Both the position numbers and the translations under genes were made by a program. A model generated the notes under the pieces. The model did no database searches and had not been told where the DNA came from. It was given only the letters and a program-made list of their open reading frames with translations. From the sequence record PQ374922.1: a stretch of 64,000 bases of DNA; one strand, 5' to 3'. This DNA is from a phage. Below are positions 54,565 through 63,232 of the stretch, in pieces; position 1 is the first letter of the stretch; each line of letters begins with the position of its first letter.

Positions 54565-54819
54565 ATGAAGGATTACATTATGAAACTGCCTGGTTACGTT
54601 GACATCTATGCCCGCCTCGATAAAGACGGCAATCTGAAAGCCAAAGAATTGACGCACATGATTATCAAGTACGGCGTCGACACTGTGGTCGAAGTTGAAA
54701 ACGAACAAGTTAAAGGTGAGTATGTCAAAATTAAAGGGTGTGGCCTCAGAACAAACCCGACTTACTTTGTGGGAGTTCACCTTGACACAGGTAAAGAAGT
54801 CGTGGAGATGGTGGCATAA
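54565..54819 (+). CDS. Hypothetical protein (79-84 aa; start 54565 or 54580)
   Basis: Second ATG has better RBS (aagga). Confidence 0.45.
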   Translation: MKDYIMKLPGYVDIYARLDKDGNLKAKELTHMIIKYGVDTVVEVENEQVKGEYVKIKGCGLRTNPTYFVGVHLDTGKEVVEMVA

Positions 54820-55064
54820 TGTCAAATAAGAACAAGATGGTAGAAACCTCAGTAGAGATTGATCGCAATTGGGGATTGCTCCGCGCTAAAGGGTTCCGCC
54901 GTGTGTATGCGACCAAAGAAGTCTACGCACAGCGTCGTGACGTTATCATCAGCAAGAAAGGCAAAGAGTGGGTTGCTGAAGAAGTTGATGTCGAGACAGG
55001 CATCGTGGGAAAGGTAAAGGCCAAGGCCGCGATCCTCTTCGCTCTTCTGAAGCACATCAGTTAA
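54819..55064 (+). CDS. Hypothetical protein (81 aa)
   Basis: TAATG stop-start overlap with the upstream gene. Confidence 0.45.
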   Translation: MSNKNKMVETSVEIDRNWGLLRAKGFRRVYATKEVYAQRRDVIISKKGKEWVAEEVDVETGIVGKVKAKAAILFALLKHIS

Positions 55065-55123
55065 TTCTATAACTTTGGGCGGGGTATGATTACCCCGTCT
55101 ATTTGAAACCAAGAGACTATATC

Positions 55124-55498
55124 ATGAAAAAGTTAATCCTCGCTGTTGCCCTGCTGGGCGCTTCCTTTGCTGCTGTTTCCGCCCCTCCTGTCATCACCGG
55201 AGTGTCTACCAACGGTGTTTATGCTTTCAAGGCGTATGGCCAAGACCTCGTTCTGTATAAGAACGGGAAGATGATTGAGCGCTGCGTATCAGACGACGTG
55301 AATCGTGGGATCGACAATCAGGGCAGCCCATACGTCCTGGACATCTATTCCTGCTCTAACGGGACGAAGTCCTTTGGCGTCAAGACCTTTGGCAACGTCG
55401 CCGACGGTGGCTGGGGCTTCATGTTCGAAACCCGCAACCACCACCCGGTCAAGACCATGCAAGAAGAGTTCTTGATCTCTGTCGGGGGTACGTTATGA
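55124..55498 (+). CDS. Exported protein with cleavable signal peptide (124 aa precursor)
   Basis: MKKLILAVALLGASFAAVSA followed by PP; two Cys in mature part; ORF track begins at TTG 55103. Confidence 0.55.
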   Translation: MKKLILAVALLGASFAAVSAPPVITGVSTNGVYAFKAYGQDLVLYKNGKMIERCVSDDVNRGIDNQGSPYVLDIYSCSNGTKSFGVKTFGNVADGGWGFMFETRNHHPVKTMQEEFLISVGGTL

Positions 55499-55782
55499 CA
55501 CCATCAGAGAGAAGTTCTATCAAGGAGATGATCAGAGACAAGGCGTGTGTTGACCATACTCAGTCAGAGAACATCTTGCGCCTGATGGTAATAAAGAACG
55601 ATATCGATAACAGCCGATTCCAATCAGCGCTCTACGGGCTTCTCGAGTTCGTTCTCCGCCAGGCTGATCTTGGTCCTGTCGGTACTCTTGATGATCTAAC
55701 CAAGCTGTTGAACACGGGCGGGGAAACTTTCGACGCCGCTCGTATCCTGATTGACGGTAGACCTGAAGAAGACGAGGTATAA
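55495..55782 (+). CDS. Hypothetical protein (95 aa)
   Basis: ATGA overlap with upstream stop. Confidence 0.45.
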   Translation: MTPSERSSIKEMIRDKACVDHTQSENILRLMVIKNDIDNSRFQSALYGLLEFVLRQADLGPVGTLDDLTKLLNTGGETFDAARILIDGRPEEDEV

Positions 55783-55942
55783 TTTGGATAAAGAATTGGT
55801 TTGGGAAATTGTGAAGGGTGTCCTAGTAATAATCGCGGTGGTTTTCATCTTGGGTGGGAACTTCTTCTATTGGTTATTCCGATCCGACCAGAAACGTCGC
55901 GAACGCAAGGAGAAAGAGAGAAAGGATCGATGGATGCGCTAA
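55751..55942 (+). CDS. Possible tiny membrane protein (non-ATG start, position uncertain)
   Basis: Hydrophobic segment VLVIIAVVFILGGNFFYWLF followed by a basic tail; no in-frame ATG before the hydrophobic segment. Confidence 0.2.
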   Translation: MTVDLKKTRYNLDKELVWEIVKGVLVIIAVVFILGGNFFYWLFRSDQKRRERKEKERKDRWMR

Positions 55943-55974
55943 CTAAGGGATAACCCTATATCCCGAGGTGTGTC

Positions 55975-56424
55975 ATGTTCCTTACATCTTTTATTGACTG
56001 GTTGAACATCATTAACGGCCTGAGGATTCCTGTTGGGAACCTCGGGCTTTCGCGTTCTTCTATGCCACAAATCGATGCCGACAAACAAGAAGATTTTCAC
56101 AAATATCTTGAAGACAACGGCGTGTCCATAGATGCTGTACAAGTGCCCATCAAAATGCTTCGTCTCACCCAGAACGAAATCAACAAGATGAAGGTCTGGA
56201 AGATCATGAAGAACATCAGAAATAAGAAACCTATGGGTCGAGTTTGGGTGTCTTCTGACAATTACGTTGTTGACGGTTCTCACCGATTTGTCGCTGCGTT
56301 GAACATGGACGGCAAACAGCGCATGAAGGTCTACAAAGTTGATTTGCCAGCGATGGAATTTGTTAAACTCGCTAAACAGTTTCAGGGTGTGCGATACAGA
56401 ACGGTCAGCGATACTCGTTTCTGA
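55975..56424 (+). CDS. ParB/sulfiredoxin-like nuclease-domain protein
   Basis: 149 aa; VVDGSHRFVAAL resembles the ParB N-terminal DGxHR motif; RBS gagg. Confidence 0.55.
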   Translation: MFLTSFIDWLNIINGLRIPVGNLGLSRSSMPQIDADKQEDFHKYLEDNGVSIDAVQVPIKMLRLTQNEINKMKVWKIMKNIRNKKPMGRVWVSSDNYVVDGSHRFVAALNMDGKQRMKVYKVDLPAMEFVKLAKQFQGVRYRTVSDTRF

Positions 56425-56503
56425 ATACGATAGTTTATTGAATCCCTTTACTCATCATGGTGAGCCGCCTATCATTTCATCCAATGAAATAAGGAGAATC
56501 ACC

Positions 56504-57190
56504 ATGAAACGTTTAATCCTCGGGGTTGTGCTGGCTGGTCTGGCATTACCCGCCGCTGCCAAGCTGAACTCCACAGGTGATAAACTGTGGTCCGACCTTT
56601 CCTATTGTGCTGGGTTCTCCCAGGCGGTTGCCATCGACAAGTCTGGTTCCATAGAGAACTTCGCTGAACTCTGGAACACAGGCAACGTCTCCACTGCTGT
56701 CATCAATGCCGGAATTGAGTTCAACCGTTACAAACAGGGAGCCTATAACCTCAAAGGCTACCTCAATGACGACGAATTTAACCGTGGAGGCATGGAGGCT
56801 GGCGATTTGATCATGACTGGGCGTATGGGCACCCAAGGCCGAATGACCGTAAGACAGTGCCGTTCGCTCCCTTCTCCGGCATTACAGAAGGGTGTGCAGG
56901 TTGGTCGCCGCCACCTGAACCTTATCAACGATGGCAACCAGTGCATCAAAGTATTCGAATACAGCGCTACGCAGACCTCTGATCGCGTCCTGAAGAAGGA
57001 ATGGCGCACCCGCGCTCTTGGTCTCAGAGCCTGGCTGGTTGAGAACGATTATTACTTTGAAGACAGGGTTCAGAACGGTCTGAAAGACCTGGCCACGAAT
57101 CTGAGCGTGAACCTTGATGATCCCCGCATGTCGCGCGAACTCCAGCAGACTCGTGTTGACTGCGACAATATGATGAAGGAGAACGAGTGA
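56504..57190 (+). CDS. Exported protein with signal peptide (228 aa precursor)
   Basis: MKRLILGVVLAGLALPAAA followed by K; RBS aaggaga; ORF track begins upstream at 56339. Confidence 0.55.
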   Translation: MKRLILGVVLAGLALPAAAKLNSTGDKLWSDLSYCAGFSQAVAIDKSGSIENFAELWNTGNVSTAVINAGIEFNRYKQGAYNLKGYLNDDEFNRGGMEAGDLIMTGRMGTQGRMTVRQCRSLPSPALQKGVQVGRRHLNLINDGNQCIKVFEYSATQTSDRVLKKEWRTRALGLRAWLVENDYYFEDRVQNGLKDLATNLSVNLDDPRMSRELQQTRVDCDNMMKENE

Positions 57191-57516
57191 TGAAATGTAA
57201 AATCCTGCTCTTGTTGGTACTGATAGCCGGGTGTGTAAATGCCGCGCCACCGTCTAAACTGAACACATGTGTGGCATGGATGGAGACGTATCAGCAGTTC
57301 CACCCAGATGACAAAGACACATCTATCCTCCTGTCCGACTTCGAGGGGGAGCTGAAGCGCCTTGATCTGTTCAGTGTTGATCAGATAGAGAATGCGCTGG
57401 ATCTTCCCATGATGCTGACTGCGGCTGACAACAGTACACAAACGAAGAAAGACCTGATGTATTGCCGGGGGATTGCCCAGGACTTTGTCGGATTTCAAAA
57501 TAAAGTTTCGGGTTAA
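57190..57516 (+). CDS. Predicted lipoprotein (108 aa precursor)
   Basis: Signal MKCKILLLLVLIAGC with lipobox LIAGC; start overlaps upstream stop. Confidence 0.6.
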   Translation: MKCKILLLLVLIAGCVNAAPPSKLNTCVAWMETYQQFHPDDKDTSILLSDFEGELKRLDLFSVDQIENALDLPMMLTAADNSTQTKKDLMYCRGIAQDFVGFQNKVSG

Positions 57517-57555
57517 AATTTAGCCCTACAATGTGAACTGAAGGAATACACTGTG

Positions 57556-58422
57556 ATGCTCCTGACCAAAACAATCGCTGCGGCGATTATCGAAAAGAAT
57601 AAGGCTTTTGCCCCCAACGCAGCCAAAGTTATGTTGGTACACGAAGACGCTCGCGTGATCTTCGCCGAGAAGTTCGAGATGGGCGCGAAGTTCTGGTATG
57701 CCGACAACTTGCGTGAGAGCAAACTTCAGGGTATCATCCACAAACTGACTCTGGTCGCCAAGCGTAATGACCAGGGTGACTGGGTCGGCGTTTCTGACTT
57801 CAGTACGAAGATCACCCCAAAGGCTCCGCTTTCTCGTCAAGAGCGCATTCTGGAAGCCCAGGAAAAGCTGCGTGCGGCTCGGAGTACCCCAAAGGCGAAA
57901 CCAGATGCAAGCCCTGTCATCAAGCCAGCGGTTGTTCCTAAGTCCAAATACCTCCCGCCCGTGAGTCAAAAGGCTGTGGAGCAATTGGTCGAGAAGCGCA
58001 AGGGTGACGTTGTGATGAAGTCTGACTCTTCAGTGGAGCCGTTCAAGCCGGATCCAGCAGAAGTACAGGCGCTGGCAGAAAAGGTAAAGAATTCACAATT
58101 CATTTCCTTGCGTGAACTTGAACCGCCTACTCGCCGTCGTGTCGCCAACGAGCTGTTTGTGTCGTTCAGGTCGGATGGCAAGATCGTCCTGTGCAAAGCC
58201 CTGCGCGATGCAATCCCTTGGACAACTCTGAACATGATGGTCACTCGCGACTTCAAGCGTTTTGGTATCATGCAAGGCAAGGACTACAACGTCAACCAGA
58301 GCGGGACTTATGTTAATCGCGCCATGTGTGACAAACTGACCTTCCCAGAAGATACCGGAACGATCCGTGTCGTTCTGAACTGGGACGACAAGCTGAACAT
58401 GTATGTTGGCGATTTCCAATAA
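57556..58422 (+). CDS. Hypothetical protein (288 aa)
   Basis: RBS aaggaa; Lys/Pro-rich central linker. Confidence 0.5.
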   Translation: MLLTKTIAAAIIEKNKAFAPNAAKVMLVHEDARVIFAEKFEMGAKFWYADNLRESKLQGIIHKLTLVAKRNDQGDWVGVSDFSTKITPKAPLSRQERILEAQEKLRAARSTPKAKPDASPVIKPAVVPKSKYLPPVSQKAVEQLVEKRKGDVVMKSDSSVEPFKPDPAEVQALAEKVKNSQFISLRELEPPTRRRVANELFVSFRSDGKIVLCKALRDAIPWTTLNMMVTRDFKRFGIMQGKDYNVNQSGTYVNRAMCDKLTFPEDTGTIRVVLNWDDKLNMYVGDFQ

Positions 58423-58478
58423 TCAATAACCTCGGGCGGCTTATCATAAAGCTGCCCTTTCATTTGAGTGACTATATC

Positions 58479-58940
58479 ATGGAAAAACTTTATTCTATTA
58501 TCGTCGGTCCTGATCCTGACGGATTATTCTTCGCCCCGTTGTCTTATATTGCCCACGCCCGTATCGGTAGCCATTACGCATATTGCACACGTGGCCACGA
58601 CGGTTCCAATATCCTCCATTATAGCCGCCTGAACGATTTCCTGGCACTTCAACCAGAAGATGTTGTGTTGGCGCGTCGCGTGTTCATCGACTTCAACGCG
58701 ATGCACAACAACGAAATCGACGCTCGCTATCATGCCATGCGTTCTATGGAAGGGGGAGACTGCATTTATCGTATCGACCATTTTAGTGAGTTTACCCAAT
58801 CTATTGATTGGTTCGTTTCAGAAAAGACGTTGGGTGAAAGAATCGTCACAACTCCGTGGGCACATGCGGACAACTTCGTGTGTCTACCGATGCGTACAAA
58901 GAAGTCGACAATCTGTGCAACAAGTTCCGCATCTCGGTGA
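58479..58940 (+). CDS. Hypothetical protein (153 aa)
   Basis: First ATG in frame (ORF track begins at TTG 58464); 3' end overlaps the next ORF in another frame. Confidence 0.45.
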   Translation: MEKLYSIIVGPDPDGLFFAPLSYIAHARIGSHYAYCTRGHDGSNILHYSRLNDFLALQPEDVVLARRVFIDFNAMHNNEIDARYHAMRSMEGGDCIYRIDHFSEFTQSIDWFVSEKTLGERIVTTPWAHADNFVCLPMRTKKSTICATSSASR

Positions 58941-59140
58941 CCTGTAATCAAGACCTGGGCGAAGAGATACAATGGACAGCTGAGTCTCCTCATTTCAGTG
59001 GCCTGGTGATGACGGCCGAAACCCGTTCCCGTGCTGTTGTCCAGTTAGTACTCTGGGCGTTCTACCAGCGCACCCCGTTCTCATACATGGGACAGAAAGA
59101 GATTGATGAACTCCTGAAGTCTCACGCGGTGGAGGTATGA
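58856..59140 (+). CDS. Hypothetical ORF overlapping the 3' end of the previous gene (possible frameshift continuation or separate gene)
   Basis: Protein-like translation in the +1 frame relative to 58479-58940; no RBS before ATG 58856. Confidence 0.3.
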   Translation: MGTCGQLRVSTDAYKEVDNLCNKFRISVTCNQDLGEEIQWTAESPHFSGLVMTAETRSRAVVQLVLWAFYQRTPFSYMGQKEIDELLKSHAVEV

Positions 59141-59141
59141 C

Positions 59142-59420
59142 ATGGCTGGTGTATGGTGTGATGTCTTGCTGGTTCGTTACAGCGTAAATGGGAGCACGCA
59201 AGTGTGTTCTGCTTTCTATCCGGTCCCGTTCTCTTCCGGTGGCCTGACGGTTCAGCGAGTTCTCAATATTGAGGCAGAACTGAACAAAAAGTCTTTTGGT
59301 GTACAAGTCCTGGGGTACGATCTTCTGAATGAAATGATGGTTGAAGAAGACAAAGTTGAGACTGTCATTGGTCGTCAGGAGATGGAATCGTTAATCTCCA
59401 AATCGGAGGTCAAATCATGA
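59142..59420 (+). CDS. Hypothetical protein (92 aa)
   Basis: RBS ggaggt. Confidence 0.45.
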   Translation: MAGVWCDVLLVRYSVNGSTQVCSAFYPVPFSSGGLTVQRVLNIEAELNKKSFGVQVLGYDLLNEMMVEEDKVETVIGRQEMESLISKSEVKS

Positions 59421-59668
59421 GTCCCAACATGGCAATAATCTGGGTTGGTGAATCGTCAATGCGTTGTCCTCACAAGACGATCACCTTCTTGGACGATGAG
59501 CGCCTGGCCGAACAACGGGTTGAAGTCCGCGAAATGCAGGTTTCTTCAAAGGCGGTGAACGTTCCTGTGACTAATATTCAGACTTTTAAGCCTTGCGTTA
59601 GAGTGATTTGTGAACGCTGTGGATGTTATGGCACGATGACGACTGAAGACGTGGCGAAAGGCTATTAA
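59417..59668 (+). CDS. Hypothetical Cys-containing protein (83 aa)
   Basis: ATGA overlap; CxxC pair near C-terminus. Confidence 0.45.
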   Translation: MSPNMAIIWVGESSMRCPHKTITFLDDERLAEQRVEVREMQVSSKAVNVPVTNIQTFKPCVRVICERCGCYGTMTTEDVAKGY

Positions 59669-59688
59669 TTCCGCTTTATTCAATAAAA

Positions 59689-59714
59689 TTTGTTAGTTAA
59701 ACTGTAGTCCTCTT
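59689..59714 (+). promoter_or_regulatory. Candidate middle-type promoter: TTCAATAA box, about 12-nt spacer, TAAACT
   Basis: About 45 nt upstream of the HU-like gene ATG. Confidence 0.35.
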
Positions 59715-59758
59715 GTAGTGAACATGAAAGTAAACATTAACCCAACGGAGAAATCCAG

Positions 59759-60037
59759 ATGAATCGTACTGAATTTGTTGCCCACATTGCTTCGACCCAG
59801 AATATCACCAAAGGCGAAGCGGAGAAAGTAGTGGCATCCTTTATCGACGGTGTTAAAACTGCAGTTGCTGCAGGCGCATCTGTACAGCTGGTCGGCTTCG
59901 GTGCGTTCGAAGTGAAACACCAAGAAGCGCGTGAAGGCCGCAACCCTCTGAACGGCCAGACTATTCAGATCGCGGCGAAAAACGTTGTGAAATTCAAAGT
60001 GGGCGAAGGTCTGAAGAACGCTGCCAACGGCAAGTAA
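59759..60037 (+). CDS. HU/IHF-family histone-like DNA-binding protein
   Basis: 92 aa; GFGAFEVKHQEAREGRNPLNGQTIQIAAKNVVKFKVGEGLK is the classic HU arm and body. Confidence 0.85.
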   Translation: MNRTEFVAHIASTQNITKGEAEKVVASFIDGVKTAVAAGASVQLVGFGAFEVKHQEAREGRNPLNGQTIQIAAKNVVKFKVGEGLKNAANGK

Positions 60038-60085
60038 TTCTATCTGACGCGCGGCCAGGCTCTGCAATCAGGGCATGGCAAAAGA

Positions 60086-60118
60086 GAAAGCCGGAGTACA
60101 ATGCTCCGGCTTTTTCGT
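60086..60118 (+). terminator. Rho-independent terminator (aagccggag-tacaatg-ctccggctt + T-tract)
   Basis: 9-bp stem plus T-run after the HU-like gene. Confidence 0.7.
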
Positions 60119-60165
60119 TCTTGGGGATCGGGTAAACTATAGGCGAATCCCATAGGAGGAAGAAA

Positions 60166-61884
60166 GTGACAGCATTCAACCAATATACCAAGGCGCTTGA
60201 CGGCGTCGGACCAGTCAGCATAGACCGCATCAAGTCTCTTGCCACTGAGTTCTTCCCGTATGACACCGCCAACCCCGGCCAGATGGAATGCATCGTTGAA
60301 GCCATTGATGCCCTTGTGAATAAGAAATTCAAACACGTGATCATCGAGGCTCCGACTGGTGTGGGTAAATCCCTCATCGGCACTACCATCCATAACGTGC
60401 TTCGCCATTTGGTTCTTGAGCACAACCCGTATGGTCAGTTCCGCACGTCTATCACGACGCCGACCAAAGGTTTACAGGATCAGTATGCAGCAGAGAAAGC
60501 CGTGACGATAGACATCCTGAAGGGCAAGAAGAACTACCGTTGCCACATCAGTCCCGACCTATACTACAACGCCATTCAGTGCCGTATGGCATGCCGTGAT
60601 GGCCACTGTAGTAAGAATCGTTGCCCATATGTTCAGGCGCGTAGACAGTGGACCGACGTCTCCTCCCTGCGCTGCACCAACGCCGCCATGATGGTGGAGA
60701 TGTGTACGACGATTTGTATGAAGCCGGAAAACCGTGCCGATATGCTGATCCTTGACGAGTGTCATAAGATGCCCTCTACGCTCCTAGAGCATACTATCAT
60801 GGAATACAACATAAAGGCTGTGGAAGGGTTGCTTACGATCCCCGAGGGAGTGCCTATCGTGGAGACCATCAAGGATATCATCATCCGCACAGATAACTAT
60901 GAATTGGGCAAGCTGTATTCCCTGTCTGGTGAGATGCATGCGATATTTGATGAACTGCACGGCAAGGTTGAAGCCCTGTTGGAAACTCTTGAGGAACTGG
61001 TAGAGGACGAGCGCCTGACTGAAGCCCAGGTGATGAAGCTGTCTGATATTATTGATACTCTTCACAACCTCAGCGACTACTGTGGTATCATGGGGCAGAC
61101 CAACGCCAGCACTTTCATCGTACAGGAGAAGGACAAGGGTATGATTCAGTTCAAGCCTGTCATCGCCTCTGATGTATCCCAGTTCGGCCTGTTCCGCAAG
61201 GGTGACTACCACGTTCACATGTCGGCTACCATTTGCGGGATTGACTCGTACGCCCGGTCACTGGGTATCCGCGAGGGTGAGTACCACAAGATACAGATCG
61301 GCAACCCTATCCCGATTGAGAACCGGAAAGTCAACTACATGCCCATCATGAAGATGACAGCGAACATGGGTGACTACGAGATGAAGAAGCTGGCTGAATA
61401 CGTGGATGAAATTATCGCGTTCCACCCTGGGCAGTCTGGCATCATTCACACAGTCAGTTATGACCGCGCCCTGGCTCTACAAAAGTTCAGTAAGTACCGG
61501 AATATGATTCACGTTCCTCGTACTCGTAAGGCTCTGATGGACATCATGGAACACGCGTTCAGGACGAAGACACCTTGTGTCATCGCCAGTCCGTCCATGG
61601 AAGAGGGGTATGACTTCAAAGGCGATTATAGTCGATTTCAGATCTTGATCAAGGTGCCATATGATTACCTTGGTGATCCTCTGGTGGCCCACGTCAACAG
61701 TGTGGACCCATCGGCGTACTTCAGGATGGCGGTACTGCGTATCGTTCAGATGTGTGGGCGTTCGGTCAGGGGCGTGAATGACTGGGCTGCGACGTACATC
61801 CTTGATTCTTCTTTTGAATCACTGATGATGCGCAACCCAGAGTTCTTCCCCGCTTGGTTCACTGATGCCGTGTTTGAGGTTTAG
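60166..61884 (+). CDS. DinG/XPD-family Fe-S helicase (SF2)
   Basis: GTG start with RBS aggagga; Walker A EAPTGVGKS, DECH box, Cys cluster CH..C..C..C between motifs. Confidence 0.8.
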   Translation: MTAFNQYTKALDGVGPVSIDRIKSLATEFFPYDTANPGQMECIVEAIDALVNKKFKHVIIEAPTGVGKSLIGTTIHNVLRHLVLEHNPYGQFRTSITTPTKGLQDQYAAEKAVTIDILKGKKNYRCHISPDLYYNAIQCRMACRDGHCSKNRCPYVQARRQWTDVSSLRCTNAAMMVEMCTTICMKPENRADMLILDECHKMPSTLLEHTIMEYNIKAVEGLLTIPEGVPIVETIKDIIIRTDNYELGKLYSLSGEMHAIFDELHGKVEALLETLEELVEDERLTEAQVMKLSDIIDTLHNLSDYCGIMGQTNASTFIVQEKDKGMIQFKPVIASDVSQFGLFRKGDYHVHMSATICGIDSYARSLGIREGEYHKIQIGNPIPIENRKVNYMPIMKMTANMGDYEMKKLAEYVDEIIAFHPGQSGIIHTVSYDRALALQKFSKYRNMIHVPRTRKALMDIMEHAFRTKTPCVIASPSMEEGYDFKGDYSRFQILIKVPYDYLGDPLVAHVNSVDPSAYFRMAVLRIVQMCGRSVRGVNDWAATYILDSSFESLMMRNPEFFPAWFTDAVFEV

Positions 61885-62648
61885 TAACCCGCAACGAAGG
61901 ACAGATGGCACTTGACATTCGGTTCCAACGACGTCACAGAAACCGTCATATTGTCCGTATCTTGGCTGAAGTCAATGGTGGCGAGAGGTTTGGTCTGAAT
62001 ATGGTTGTATACACTGTAGATCAGATCCTCGCCACGATACCCTACCTTCCCGTCTGTGTCTTGCCAATGACCCAGTGTCTCATCGTAGACATGCACTCTG
62101 AACTCGATCATATGGAAGAGTGCCTTGGGGATGTCCTTGAGTACGCTGGTGCCAACCACGGGAATCTCTATGCTGGAATCATTAGAGTTCCCTTCATAGA
62201 CCGAAGCCCATGCAAAGGTAGGATCACCCCCAGCAACAGGGGTTCGCTTCCAGTATTGGAATTCTGGGTTGCCTGAAGCGTTCTTCTGAAGTAGAATGAC
62301 CTCACCACCTTTGAAGTTCGAGGTATCGATGTCGCCTCGCTGAAGTTCATCTGCTGGAGATCCAATAAATTTCCAGCCTTCGCGATCCAGTAAAGACTTA
62401 TAATAGTCGGTGAACACGTTGCTGTCTTCTGCATCGTTGATGGCATCTTTGAGACCTTGGCCTGTCACCATCTCGTTGAGCTTCAACCACATGTTCTTGA
62501 CAGCAGAAGCTGCTGCGACTTGTCCAGCAGTCCCACCTGCAGCATAATCATAGATGATATCTTCTGACTTGATAGCATCATAGATAGAGAGGAGCAATTG
62601 CTCAATCTGCGGGGCGGTGAGACTGAAACGATATGCGCGGGGTGCCAT
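61881..62648 (-). CDS. Hypothetical protein (256 aa) divergent from the RNase H gene
   Basis: Strong RBS (agaggaa) before minus-strand ATG 62648; stop overlaps the DinG-like stop; product unrecognised. Confidence 0.5.
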   Translation of the reverse strand: MAPRAYRFSLTAPQIEQLLLSIYDAIKSEDIIYDYAAGGTAGQVAAASAVKNMWLKLNEMVTGQGLKDAINDAEDSNVFTDYYKSLLDREGWKFIGSPADELQRGDIDTSNFKGGEVILLQKNASGNPEFQYWKRTPVAGGDPTFAWASVYEGNSNDSSIEIPVVGTSVLKDIPKALFHMIEFRVHVYDETLGHWQDTDGKVGYRGEDLIYSVYNHIQTKPLATIDFSQDTDNMTVSVTSLEPNVKCHLSFVAGY

Positions 62649-62693
62649 AGTTTCATTCCTCTTTCTATAAAACCAGTTTGGGATATTTATATC

Positions 62694-63221
62694 ATGATAG
62701 AAATTTATTCTGACGGGGGTTCTAACCCGAAGACCAACCAGGCCGCAGGCTGGGCATTTGTCATCAGGCCAATAACGGGTATGCAATGGAAGGTGTTCTT
62801 CGGTCATCTACCTCCCCCGTCCACTAACAATATCGCCGAGTTGTTGGGTGTGACCAACGCATTGAAGCTACTGTGGGCATTCTCAGGAAAGGGTGAGCGC
62901 AGAATACCAAAGGCAACAATTTGGTCTGACAGCCAATATGCCATCAAGAGTGTCACCGAATGGCGAACGAAGTGGGAGTATCAGGGTTTCCCAGAAAAGA
63001 ACGTTGAACTCATCAAAGATCTGTTCAGAATCTATGATCTCGTTTGTTCAATTTGTGATGTTGAACTAAAATGGGTTAAGGGTCATGCGGGACACGAAGG
63101 CAACGAACTTGCCGATGACTGGGCTACAGCAGCCAAAAACGACAGCAACTTCCTGATTGAGAATGACAAGATCTCGGTGAAGAAGGTTGTTGGATCTTTT
63201 GATGAATTTATCGGTATCTGA
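62694..63221 (+). CDS. rnh: Ribonuclease H (RNase HI family)
   Basis: MIEIYSDGGS...WAFVI; IWSDSQYAI; KWVKGHAGHEGNELADDWA catalytic motifs. Confidence 0.8.
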   Translation: MIEIYSDGGSNPKTNQAAGWAFVIRPITGMQWKVFFGHLPPPSTNNIAELLGVTNALKLLWAFSGKGERRIPKATIWSDSQYAIKSVTEWRTKWEYQGFPEKNVELIKDLFRIYDLVCSICDVELKWVKGHAGHEGNELADDWATAAKNDSNFLIENDKISVKKVVGSFDEFIGI

Positions 63222-63232
63222 GGACTATCATA

